A stretch of 40,151 nt of DNA from a virus. Positions 25,853 through 33,346 of the stretch are shown piece after piece. How positions within the stretch are numbered: position 1 is the stretch's first letter; each line of letters starts with the position of its first letter. The DNA is taken from the IMG/VR virus record IMGVR_UViG_3300045988_085414. The stretch is one strand, 5' to 3'. The position numbers were made by a program, and so were the translations under genes. The notes below the pieces were generated by a model that worked only from the letters and a program-made list of their open reading frames with translations, ran no database searches and had not been told where the DNA came from.

Positions 25853-26050
25853 GTGAGAAAAGCGTACAAAAAATTAACCTATGCAGACCGTCAAACAATC
25901 GAACACATGACGGAGCAGGGGGCAGAGCCTAAGAAGATCGCGGAAGTGACCGGCGTACATGTAGCAACAATATATAGAGAACTCAAAAAAGGCGCGGACA
26001 CAGAAGGACATTACAAGGCAGAGTTAGCGCAGCAGGCGTTATTTGTATAA
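25853..26050 (+). CDS. HTH-only protein resembling the N-terminal DNA-binding domain of IS30 transposases
   Basis: GTG 25853 lies 8 nt after gaaggagg. LTYADRQTIEHMTEQGAEPKKIAEVTGVHVATIYRELKKG parallels residues 8-46 of the 24463 transposase. No DDE domain follows. Confidence 0.6.
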   Translation: MRKAYKKLTYADRQTIEHMTEQGAEPKKIAEVTGVHVATIYRELKKGADTEGHYKAELAQQALFV

Positions 26051-26070
26051 AGGCGGCAAAGGTCGCCCAT

Positions 26071-26143
26071 GCGCTTTTAATTTAAAGGGATAGAATACCA
26101 CCCTCCGAAGGTGGCGGTGCGGGTTCAATTCCCGCCGGGCGCA
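26071..26143 (+). tRNA. tRNA-Arg(CCG)-like cloverleaf with a weak acceptor stem
   Basis: Folded by hand. The anticodon arm is ccacc-ctCCGaa-ggtgg and the T arm is gcggg-ttcaatt-cccgc. The D arm is attt/gaat with GGG in the loop. U8 and U33 are present. The acceptor stem gcgcttt/cgggcgc has 4 Watson-Crick pairs, 2 G-U pairs and 1 mismatch. No CCA is encoded. Confidence 0.55.
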
Positions 26144-26148
26144 TTTGT

Positions 26149-26167
26149 GCAAGGTTGGCAGCCTTGC
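26149..26167 (+). other. Hairpin with loop TTGGCAG (stem gcaagg/ccttgc)
   Basis: Read directly. Has the same 7-nt loop as the hairpin at 26402-26426 but a different stem. Confidence 0.6.
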
Positions 26168-26401
26168 GGCAGATGCAGCAGGTAAATAGCTGTTATCTGT
26201 ATGTTGTGAAAAAAATTACAGCGGGCGCACCTGCTAGAAAGTGCGTAGACGGTCAACAGGTTTTCAGTTGCTTTTTAATGCGAAAAGCAGCCAACACAGC
26301 AAATATAAAAAGCCAAAGCGGGAATACATGAACAAAGCAAGAGAACCACCAAAGGGAGGAATTTGTAAGATATACATACTTGAAAAATGAATAGAAAAAA
26401 A

Positions 26402-26426
26402 GCCGTTACGTTGGCAGCGTACCGGC
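26402..26426 (+). other. Hairpin with loop TTGGCAG (stem gccgttacg/cgtaccggc, one mismatch)
   Basis: Read directly. Lies 172 nt upstream of the HUH Rep start. Confidence 0.6.
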
Positions 26427-26597
26427 TAGTGATTTAGTGCAAATGCAATATTTCAACCTAAAAAAATTATACCATTTATTGCGTTTGCCGTCAAGCCAAA
26501 GAACCGGCAAATAAGCCGGTTTCGGGCTTGTTCAAACTATTAACTTTAGGATCCATATAGGAGTTAATAAGACTAATGCAAAGGTGGTGTAATTGAG

Positions 26598-27335
26598 TTG
26601 GGTTATTTTAAAACCACAGTAAGAGCAGGAGCCACGATTGAAGTAACAAAGAGTTATACAAAGAGGATCGGGGTAAAGATAAAAAAGGATAGGGAAAAGC
26701 CAACAGCCGAGGAAATGGAAAAGGTTAATCAAATGAACGCAGAGAGAACCCTCCGGCTAAAGATCAATGCTAATTTTGGAGTAGATGATCCATTTATCAC
26801 ATTGACATACAGGAAAGACGAAAGACCAACACCAAAGCAGGCAAAGAAAAATATTAAAAAAGTAATAGACAGCTTGCGAAAAGAGTTTAAAAAGTTGGGC
26901 GCAGATCTGAAATATATCAATGTGACGGAATATAAAAATAAAGCTATACATCATCATTTATTGATTAACCATATTGAAGGGCAGGACGTTTCTAAAATGG
27001 TTCGCAGATTGTGGAAGTTTGGCAGACCGGATTTTAAGTATTTGGACGATACCGGACAATATAAGGATTTGGCGGCGTACCTCATAAAAGAAACATCAAA
27101 GACCTACAAAGAGAACGACGGAGGGCATAAGCAAAGATACAGTTGCAGCCGCAATTTGATAATGCCAACACCAAAGACAGAAATTATAAAAAAGGCGCAA
27201 AGGTGGGCAGCAGATCCAAAACCGATAAAAGGCTATTACATCGACAAAGACACAGTATATAACGGTGTGGATCCGTTTACCGGTAGAGAATACCAAAAAT
27301 ATACAATGGTTCGGCTATCCGGTAGCGGTGGTTAA
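26598..27335 (+). CDS. HUH-superfamily rolling-circle replication initiator (Rep)
   Basis: 245 aa with a TTG start. All three motifs are present: motif I FITLTY, motif II (HUH) IHHHLLIN, and motif III AAYLIKETSK (Y..K). Confidence 0.8.
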   Translation: MGYFKTTVRAGATIEVTKSYTKRIGVKIKKDREKPTAEEMEKVNQMNAERTLRLKINANFGVDDPFITLTYRKDERPTPKQAKKNIKKVIDSLRKEFKKLGADLKYINVTEYKNKAIHHHLLINHIEGQDVSKMVRRLWKFGRPDFKYLDDTGQYKDLAAYLIKETSKTYKENDGGHKQRYSCSRNLIMPTPKTEIIKKAQRWAADPKPIKGYYIDKDTVYNGVDPFTGREYQKYTMVRLSGSGG

Positions 27336-27408
27336 TATTGTGGATAACTCACAACGAAAAACCGCAGCCGTCTAATAAATACTAGACGGCAGGGCGCGTT
27401 AAAAGAAG

Positions 27409-27909
27409 GTGGATAAATTGAACGTAAGCATATACATAAAAAGCAGTTTCAGAGGCAACCCAAGAGGCGCAGGAGAGGCAGCGGCGGTTATTGAGTTTAT
27501 AGACAAGCAAGGGAAAAGCCACAAGCGGCAGCAGCGCACACAGATAGAGGCAGACACGAAAAACGCCCTGCACTTAAAAATTTGCATCGCAGCGATGCGG
27601 GTATTATTAAAGCCTTGCGATATAACCGTTTTTATTGATTGCGACTATATGGCAAACGCCTGCAGGTTGGGTTGGTTGGACAAGTGGCAGCAGGACGGTT
27701 GGAAGAAAGCAAACGGAAAGCCACCGGCGAATGTTGAGGAATGGAAACAATTTTATATGCTAATGCAGATCCACACCGTAACATTTGAAAAATACAACAA
27801 CCGGTACGACACCGAGTTAGAGAAAATCATAGGAGGCGAAAATGAAGTACATGGGATCGAAAGCGAAGATCACAAAGTACATAGTGCCGATTATTCAACG
27901 AAAAATTGA
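27409..27909 (+). CDS. RNase HI-like protein with a degenerate active site
   Basis: Hand alignment to E. coli RNase HI. The GNPRGAG and DGWKKANGKPPANVEEW blocks are conserved. The D10 position is K (IYIKSS), the E48 position is H (TKNALHL), and the D70 position is retained (IDCDY). The start is uncertain (GTG 27409 or TTG 27418). Confidence 0.65.
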   Translation: MDKLNVSIYIKSSFRGNPRGAGEAAAVIEFIDKQGKSHKRQQRTQIEADTKNALHLKICIAAMRVLLKPCDITVFIDCDYMANACRLGWLDKWQQDGWKKANGKPPANVEEWKQFYMLMQIHTVTFEKYNNRYDTELEKIIGGENEVHGIESEDHKVHSADYSTKN

Positions 27910-28585
27910 CGAAAGCGGCGCGCGGTATTATGTGGAACCGTTCGCGGGCGGCTGCAATGTGATAGACAAGATAAAAGCAGAATACCGCATTGCATCAGAT
28001 AGCAATAAATATTTAATTGCGTTATTCCAACACTTGCAGGACGGCGGCGAATTGCCGGAACATATCACACGCGAAGAATATAACAAAGCGCGTGAGGCAT
28101 ACAGAACCGGAGATAACAGCCTGCAGGCGTGGTACATTGGCGCGGTTGGTTTCCTTGCATCATATAACGGCAGATTTTACGACGGCGGTTATGCGGGATA
28201 TGGAAAAGACAAAGGCAGGGTAAGGGATTATTACAGAGAAAGCCGCAATAACATTTTAATGCAGATGCAGCAGGGCGGTATATTCGGTATTGATTTCAGT
28301 TGTAGAGATTATAAAAGCTATACGCCGCAGGGCTGCGTTATATATTGCGATCCACCCTATGAGGGTACAAAAAAATACGGCAATGCAAAAGATTTTGATT
28401 ATTTGGAATTTTGGGAAACGATGCGGAAATGGAGCCGCCACAACAACATAGTTTTAATTTCGGAGTTACAAGCACCGGACGATTTTATAACAATTTGGGA
28501 AAAGGAGGTAGATCGCAGTATGAAAGCAAAAGAGCATTTCAGAGCGACAGAAAAATTATTTATGTGGGGGGGTAACGGTAAATGA
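27842..28585 (+). CDS. dam: Dam-family (D12 class) DNA N6-adenine methyltransferase
   Basis: MKYMGSKAKI N-terminus, SAM-binding motif EPFAGGCNV and catalytic DPPY (YCDPPYEG). Confidence 0.88.
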   Translation: MKYMGSKAKITKYIVPIIQRKIDESGARYYVEPFAGGCNVIDKIKAEYRIASDSNKYLIALFQHLQDGGELPEHITREEYNKAREAYRTGDNSLQAWYIGAVGFLASYNGRFYDGGYAGYGKDKGRVRDYYRESRNNILMQMQQGGIFGIDFSCRDYKSYTPQGCVIYCDPPYEGTKKYGNAKDFDYLEFWETMRKWSRHNNIVLISELQAPDDFITIWEKEVDRSMKAKEHFRATEKLFMWGGNGK

Positions 28586-29064
28586 TTAAGCGAGGCGACA
28601 TTTATTTTATTCGTGATACCCGCCAAAGCATCGGCAGCGAGCAGAAAGCAGACAGACCTGCGGTTATTGTTTCAAACGATGCAAATAACAAGCATAGCGG
28701 CGTTTATGAAGTTGTCTATATGACGACACAGCCGAAAACAGACCTGCCAACACATTTTATAACAAGTTCCGCGTTGAGAACATCAACCGTATTGTGCGAG
28801 CAGATAAGCAGCGTTTACGAGGAACGGATCGGCGAATGGATCGGAACACTCACACCGGAAGAAATGAAACAGCTTGACGAGTGTTTAACGGTATCGGTTG
28901 GCATAAATACAAAGGCAGAAAAAGAGCCTGCGGAAATGGAAAGCCTGCGGCAGCAGTTGGCAGAAATGGCAGACCGGCAGCAGGTAGCAGAAAAGCAGGC
29001 GAAAACATATAAAGAAATGTATGAGTTTCTTTTAAGTAAACAGTTAGGAACGAAAGGAAAATGA
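28582..29064 (+). CDS. MazF/PemK-family endoribonuclease toxin homologue with a ~50-aa coiled-coil C-terminal extension
   Basis: RGDIYFI...GSEQKADRPAVIVSND...VVYMTTQ...STVLCEQISSV...IGTLTPEEMKQLDECL follows the PemK/MazF pattern. ATGA overlaps link it to both neighbouring methyltransferase genes. Confidence 0.75.
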   Translation: MIKRGDIYFIRDTRQSIGSEQKADRPAVIVSNDANNKHSGVYEVVYMTTQPKTDLPTHFITSSALRTSTVLCEQISSVYEERIGEWIGTLTPEEMKQLDECLTVSVGINTKAEKEPAEMESLRQQLAEMADRQQVAEKQAKTYKEMYEFLLSKQLGTKGK

Positions 29065-30050
29065 TAAAAATACTTGAATTATTCGGAGGCATTGGTTCGC
29101 CACGATGCGCCCTTCGTAATATTGGAATACCGGTAAAGGCTATTGATTATGTGGAGATAGACGAAAAAGCGGTAAGATCGTACAATGCAATGTTTAAAAA
29201 CGAATTAGCATATAAAACGCAATCGGTCATAGGTTGGGATCTTAAACCGGATATTTTAATACATGGTTCGCCCTGCCAAGATTTTAGCATCGCCGGGCAT
29301 CAAGGAAAGGCAACAGCGGCAGCAGGAAGGATCAACAAAGGAAAAGGCGCAGACGAGGGATCGGGAACACGATCGAGCCTTATGTGGGAAACAATACACA
29401 TTATACAGCAAATGGGAGATTGGAAACCGCGTTTTGTTATTTGGGAGAATGTAAAAAATGTCACATCAAAACACATGATACATAACTTTAACCGTTATTT
29501 ATCAGAAATGCAGAAATTAGGATATACAAATAGTTTTCAAACATTAGATGCGCGCGATTTCGGATTACCGCAAGCAAGAGAACGAGTTTTTACAATATCT
29601 GTATTAAACGGCGAACCGTTCAATTTTGACGATTTAATAAAAACAGAAATGCGCGACATATCGGAATATTTAGAAAAGGACGTATCAGAAGTTTACGCAG
29701 TGACACAACCAAGCGTTTACAACGCAATAGGCAAAAAAGGAATACGCAGGGCGACGGTTATTAAAGATTATGCCTATACAATTACGGCAAGGCAGGATAG
29801 AACACCGGCACAGGTTATTGACTTAGGCGGTGGCAAATACAGGTATTTAACAGAACGTGAATGTTGGAGATTGCAAGGGTATAGCGACGCAGATTTTGAG
29901 GCGGCGGCAGCAGTACAGAAGAAAAACGGACGTTACACAATGGCATTATACAAGCAAGCGGGTAACAGCATACCGGTAACAATTTTTGAAAGTATTTTCA
30001 GAAAAATAATTTTAGGAGAAACAGCAGAAAAGGAGGCAAGCAATGAATAG
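29061..30050 (+). CDS. dcm: DNA cytosine-5 methyltransferase
   Basis: Motif I LELFGGIGS, motif IV GSPCQDFS, motif VI ENVKN, and C-terminal QAGNSIP. Confidence 0.9.
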   Translation: MIKILELFGGIGSPRCALRNIGIPVKAIDYVEIDEKAVRSYNAMFKNELAYKTQSVIGWDLKPDILIHGSPCQDFSIAGHQGKATAAAGRINKGKGADEGSGTRSSLMWETIHIIQQMGDWKPRFVIWENVKNVTSKHMIHNFNRYLSEMQKLGYTNSFQTLDARDFGLPQARERVFTISVLNGEPFNFDDLIKTEMRDISEYLEKDVSEVYAVTQPSVYNAIGKKGIRRATVIKDYAYTITARQDRTPAQVIDLGGGKYRYLTERECWRLQGYSDADFEAAAAVQKKNGRYTMALYKQAGNSIPVTIFESIFRKIILGETAEKEASNE

Positions 30051-30531
30051 CGTACACTTTAGCACCGGGAAGGACGATTGGGGAACACCGCAGGATCTTT
30101 TCGATGCACTCAATGAAGAATTTAACTTTACATTGGATCCATGCGCAGACAATAACAACCATAAATGCGCAAAGTATTACACCATAGAGCAGGACGGTTT
30201 GGCGCAGTCATGGGCGGGCGAAACGGTATTTTGCAACCCGCCGTACAGCAGAAAAACAAAAACAAACGCCGGTCAAATTGCATGGGTGCAAAAATGTTAC
30301 AAAGAGGCAACCGAGGGGGGGATCGTCGTGGTTATGCTTATACCCGCCCGAACAGATACGATCATGTTTCACGATTACATTTTAGGAAAAGCAGAAATAC
30401 GATTTATCAAAGGGCGTGTTAATTTTGAAATAGACGGACAGAAAAGCAAGGATCCGGCACCATTCCCAAGCATGATCGTAGTATTTAACGGAAAGCAGCC
30501 AACAAGTGCAGTAAAAAGCATTACAGCATAG
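30043..30531 (+). CDS. Phage-type DNA N6-adenine methyltransferase (small Dam_MT family)
   Basis: STGKDDWGTPQDLFDALNEEFNFTLDPCA followed by the catalytic NPPY (FCNPPYSR). Confidence 0.8.
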   Translation: MNSVHFSTGKDDWGTPQDLFDALNEEFNFTLDPCADNNNHKCAKYYTIEQDGLAQSWAGETVFCNPPYSRKTKTNAGQIAWVQKCYKEATEGGIVVVMLIPARTDTIMFHDYILGKAEIRFIKGRVNFEIDGQKSKDPAPFPSMIVVFNGKQPTSAVKSITA

Positions 30532-30543
30532 CAAGGGGGTTAT

Positions 30544-30804
30544 ATGGCAGAACTTTTAACGCCAAGTATTGCATACGCATATAACGAAAAGGCAAAAGCC
30601 CTGCCGTATAACGGTATGCAAGATATAGGAGAGCGCAGGAGGTTGCGGCAAGACCTGCAGGAGCGATGCGGCATAACGGAATTAGAGGCAATCAACATAA
30701 TAAACGGTTTCCACATAGATACATATTGCATTAAGTATTTACGAAAAGCACGCGAGGCAGCAGAGGGAACGCCGGAACCGACAAAGAAAAAGCGCAGACG
30801 ATAG
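30544..30804 (+). CDS. Hypothetical protein with a basic C-terminus
   Basis: 86 aa ORF, RBS gggggt upstream, tightly packed. Confidence 0.5.
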   Translation: MAELLTPSIAYAYNEKAKALPYNGMQDIGERRRLRQDLQERCGITELEAINIINGFHIDTYCIKYLRKAREAAEGTPEPTKKKRRR

Positions 30805-30811
30805 GAGGAAA

Positions 30812-31003
30812 ATGAAACCAAAGAAATTTTACATTATCAGACCGGAAATAGAAATAGAGTATATGAAAAATCCAATATTAGGGCGGCTTTATATCATGCT
30901 TAATTATTGGCGGTTCATAAAAGCCGGGTACTATTGGATATTCACATACAAGGTTTACTATATTGCGTTTCCGAGGATATACAGAAAGGCAGAAAATGAG
31001 TAA
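30812..31003 (+). CDS. Hypothetical small hydrophobic/aromatic protein
   Basis: 63 aa ORF behind aggagga. Confidence 0.45.
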   Translation: MKPKKFYIIRPEIEIEYMKNPILGRLYIMLNYWRFIKAGYYWIFTYKVYYIAFPRIYRKAENE

Positions 31004-31292
31004 AACAAAAAGCATTGTAACAGATTATGCCGGTATATGTTTCTTTTGTGGAAAACCGGCAGAATGTGAGCATCATTTATTATTTGGTAACGGCATTAGA
31101 GAGTTGGCAGAGCAGGACGGTTTAAAAGTTCCGGCTTGCAATAAATGTCATAACATGGGTAAACAGATTGAGCGCATACATGAAAATATCATGGCTGAAA
31201 AGTTATCTAAGATGTTAGGGCAGGCAATATATGAAAGTAAGATCGGAACGCGGGAAGAATTTAGAAAGCGTTACGGTAAATCGTATTTATAG
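30996..31292 (+). CDS. Hypothetical Cys/His-rich (zinc-binding-like) protein
   Basis: ATG 30996 is in frame within the track ORF. The pattern is CFFCG...CEHH...CNKCH. Confidence 0.5.
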   Translation: MSKTKSIVTDYAGICFFCGKPAECEHHLLFGNGIRELAEQDGLKVPACNKCHNMGKQIERIHENIMAEKLSKMLGQAIYESKIGTREEFRKRYGKSYL

Positions 31293-31301
31293 GAGGCGCA
31301 C

Positions 31302-31598
31302 ATGGCATTAACTGAATTAGTAAACGCCCTCCGGCAGCAGGCAATAAAGCAGCGGGAAAGAGAGGGCGAGCTATTAAACAACATTGCATATTTAGCAGGT
31401 TTAGAAACAGCAGAGGCAGCAGCCGACATATACGCAGCCGAGAAACACGCATATTCATTTGACGGCTATTTATATCAGCTTGAAAAGTTAAAAACGGTAT
31501 TAGCTGCAGGCGTACCGTCTGAAATAGCATTAGAGGCGGTAGATAGTTGCGCCGATGCAGACGCGATAATTAAATATTACAGAGGAGGCACAGCATGA
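31302..31598 (+). CDS. Hypothetical protein
   Basis: 98 aa ORF behind aggaggc. Overlaps the ssb start by 4 nt. Confidence 0.5.
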   Translation: MALTELVNALRQQAIKQREREGELLNNIAYLAGLETAEAAADIYAAEKHAYSFDGYLYQLEKLKTVLAAGVPSEIALEAVDSCADADAIIKYYRGGTA

Positions 31599-31993
31599 AT
31601 AAATGTATTTTCATGGGGCGTTTAACGAGAGATCCCGAAATACGTTATACGCAGAGCGAAAAGCCGGTTGCGGTTATAAATTACACATTGGCGGTTGACA
31701 GAAGATATAAAAGAGAGGGCGAGCCTTCGGCGGATTTTATAAATTTTGTAGCATACGGCGCAGCCGCCGAGTTTGCAGAGAAATATTTTAAGAAAGGCAC
31801 AAAGTTAGTAGTAGTCGCACGCTGCCAAACGAGAACATACACAAACAACGAGGGCAAGAAAGTTTATGTTACGGAATTTATCATAGAGGATCAAGAGTTC
31901 GCGGAAAGCAAGAGGGCAGCAGGCGGCGAACCGGAAACGGAAAAAGACGGTTTTATGCAGATGCCGGAAGGCGAAGAATTACCGTTTAACTAG
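31595..31993 (+). CDS. ssb: Single-stranded DNA-binding protein
   Basis: OB-fold pattern NKCIFMGRLTRDPEIRYT...ADFINFVAYGAAAEFAEKYFKKGTKLVV and an acidic C-terminal tip EGEELPFN. Confidence 0.9.
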   Translation: MNKCIFMGRLTRDPEIRYTQSEKPVAVINYTLAVDRRYKREGEPSADFINFVAYGAAAEFAEKYFKKGTKLVVVARCQTRTYTNNEGKKVYVTEFIIEDQEFAESKRAAGGEPETEKDGFMQMPEGEELPFN

Positions 31994-32004
31994 GGGGGGC
32001 AGAC

Positions 32005-32268
32005 ATGGAAGAAAAGAAACTAACCGCAAAAGAGAGGCGAGAACGCAATTTTTACGATGCGCAATACATGATCTACTATGAATTGCCGGTATTGATAAGT
32101 AAGATTTTTCACGCCGCATTTGCAAATTGCGAGTGCGGAACGCCGGTTATAGAAAAAGAAGATATGCAATTTATAGAAGGTTTTGTTAAAGCAACAGAAG
32201 ATACTTTTAATATTGCAATGGAAGGACAGAAAAAACAGATTGCAGAAATGCTAAAAATGCACGAATAA
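32005..32268 (+). CDS. Hypothetical protein
   Basis: 87 aa ORF. A G7 tract at 31993-31999 sits in the RBS position. Confidence 0.5.
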   Translation: MEEKKLTAKERRERNFYDAQYMIYYELPVLISKIFHAAFANCECGTPVIEKEDMQFIEGFVKATEDTFNIAMEGQKKQIAEMLKMHE

Positions 32269-32281
32269 GGAGGATAAGCAA

Positions 32282-33106
32282 ATGCAAACAATTTCAATCA
32301 TCAGCTTAAAAGGTGGCGTAGCAAAGACCACGACAGCCGTAAACATGGCGTACACGTTGGCAGCAGTACATAACAAGAAAGTTTTAATTATCGACAATGA
32401 CAAGCAGGGGAACACATCAAAGGCGTTTAAGAAGTACGACACAGAGGACAAAAACACCGTTGCGCGCATGATGTTAGAAAGAAATATTGATGTATCGGAA
32501 ATAATCAAAAAAACAGATTACGAAAACATCGACATTATAACCGCGAATATGGATTTATTAGAGGCAAACTTGCGAACTATTGTAGATACCGGCAGGCAGC
32601 AGCAGACGAGATTTAAAAAGGCATTGAGTAACAGCAAGGTTTTAGATCATGGTTGGGCGAAATTCGACTATTTACCACTTACAGAGGCATACGATTATTG
32701 CATCATAGATAACGCGCCCGATATTAACATGAGTATCATTAACGCCCTTGTAACGTCAAACGATGTAATAGTACCGGTATTTATGGATCAATACTCTTTT
32801 GACGGCTTAGACATTCTTATGGAGCAAATCGCACAGGTGCAGGAAGATTTTAACGAGAACTTACATTTTGCAGGGTGCGTCATTACACAGTATCAAAACA
32901 ACGATGTAAACAATCAAGGAATAGAATGGTTAAAGGCGCATAATGTACCGGTATTTAACCAATGGATCCGCAGGACGGAAAAGAAAGTAAACGAAAGCAC
33001 ATTTGCAAAAATGCCGCTTGTGGAATATTCCGTAAGATGCGGAGCCGCACAGGATTATAAAAAATTCGTATTGGAATATTTGGAGGGCGAAGATGCAGAA
33101 AATTAA
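32282..33106 (+). CDS. parA: ParA/Soj-family partition ATPase
   Basis: Deviant Walker A ISLKGGVAKTTTAVNMA and Walker A' VLIIDNDKQGN. Confidence 0.88.
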   Translation: MQTISIISLKGGVAKTTTAVNMAYTLAAVHNKKVLIIDNDKQGNTSKAFKKYDTEDKNTVARMMLERNIDVSEIIKKTDYENIDIITANMDLLEANLRTIVDTGRQQQTRFKKALSNSKVLDHGWAKFDYLPLTEAYDYCIIDNAPDINMSIINALVTSNDVIVPVFMDQYSFDGLDILMEQIAQVQEDFNENLHFAGCVITQYQNNDVNNQGIEWLKAHNVPVFNQWIRRTEKKVNESTFAKMPLVEYSVRCGAAQDYKKFVLEYLEGEDAEN

Positions 33107-33296
33107 GTTTAAAGCGAAATGCCCTTATGAGATAGGCGACAAGATCCAATTTGAGAAGGGCGGCAAAACGCAGACAATGGACGTAACGGACATTATAACG
33201 CAGGTAAGTGCCAAAACCGGCGACATAACATTTATTTTAGAGTTGGACGGTTGGTATAAGCTGAACGCCAAATTACACGATGTAAAAATACCGTAA
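33093..33296 (+). CDS. Hypothetical small protein between parA and parB
   Basis: 67 aa ORF overlapping the parA end. Confidence 0.45.
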   Translation: MQKIKFKAKCPYEIGDKIQFEKGGKTQTMDVTDIITQVSAKTGDITFILELDGWYKLNAKLHDVKIP

Positions 33297-33346
33297 CGCC
33301 TAGTATTTACTAGACGATACCCAATTTAGGTACAAGGAGGCACGCA

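Noticed and set aside
26071-26143. tRNA-like element as an attP core for site-specific integration
   Set aside because: No tyrosine or serine integrase or excisionase was recognised anywhere, and the genome carries partition genes. Kept only as an alternative inside the tRNA finding.
32353-32369. Third copy of the acgTTGGCAGc motif inside parA (cacgttggcagcagtac)
   Set aside because: It shares 11 nt with the 26402-26426 hairpin, but the flanks do not form a comparable stem (only gtac/gtac). It is also inside coding sequence. Probably coincidental.
27371-33316. Near-palindromes gtctaataaatactagac (27371-27388) and ctagtatttactag (33300-33313), which share tactagacg, as parS/centromere sites
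   Set aside because: Only a 9-mer is shared, and matches of that length are expected by chance many times in 40 kb. With two copies and no further repeats found by eye, a parS call is unsupported. It needs motif discovery.
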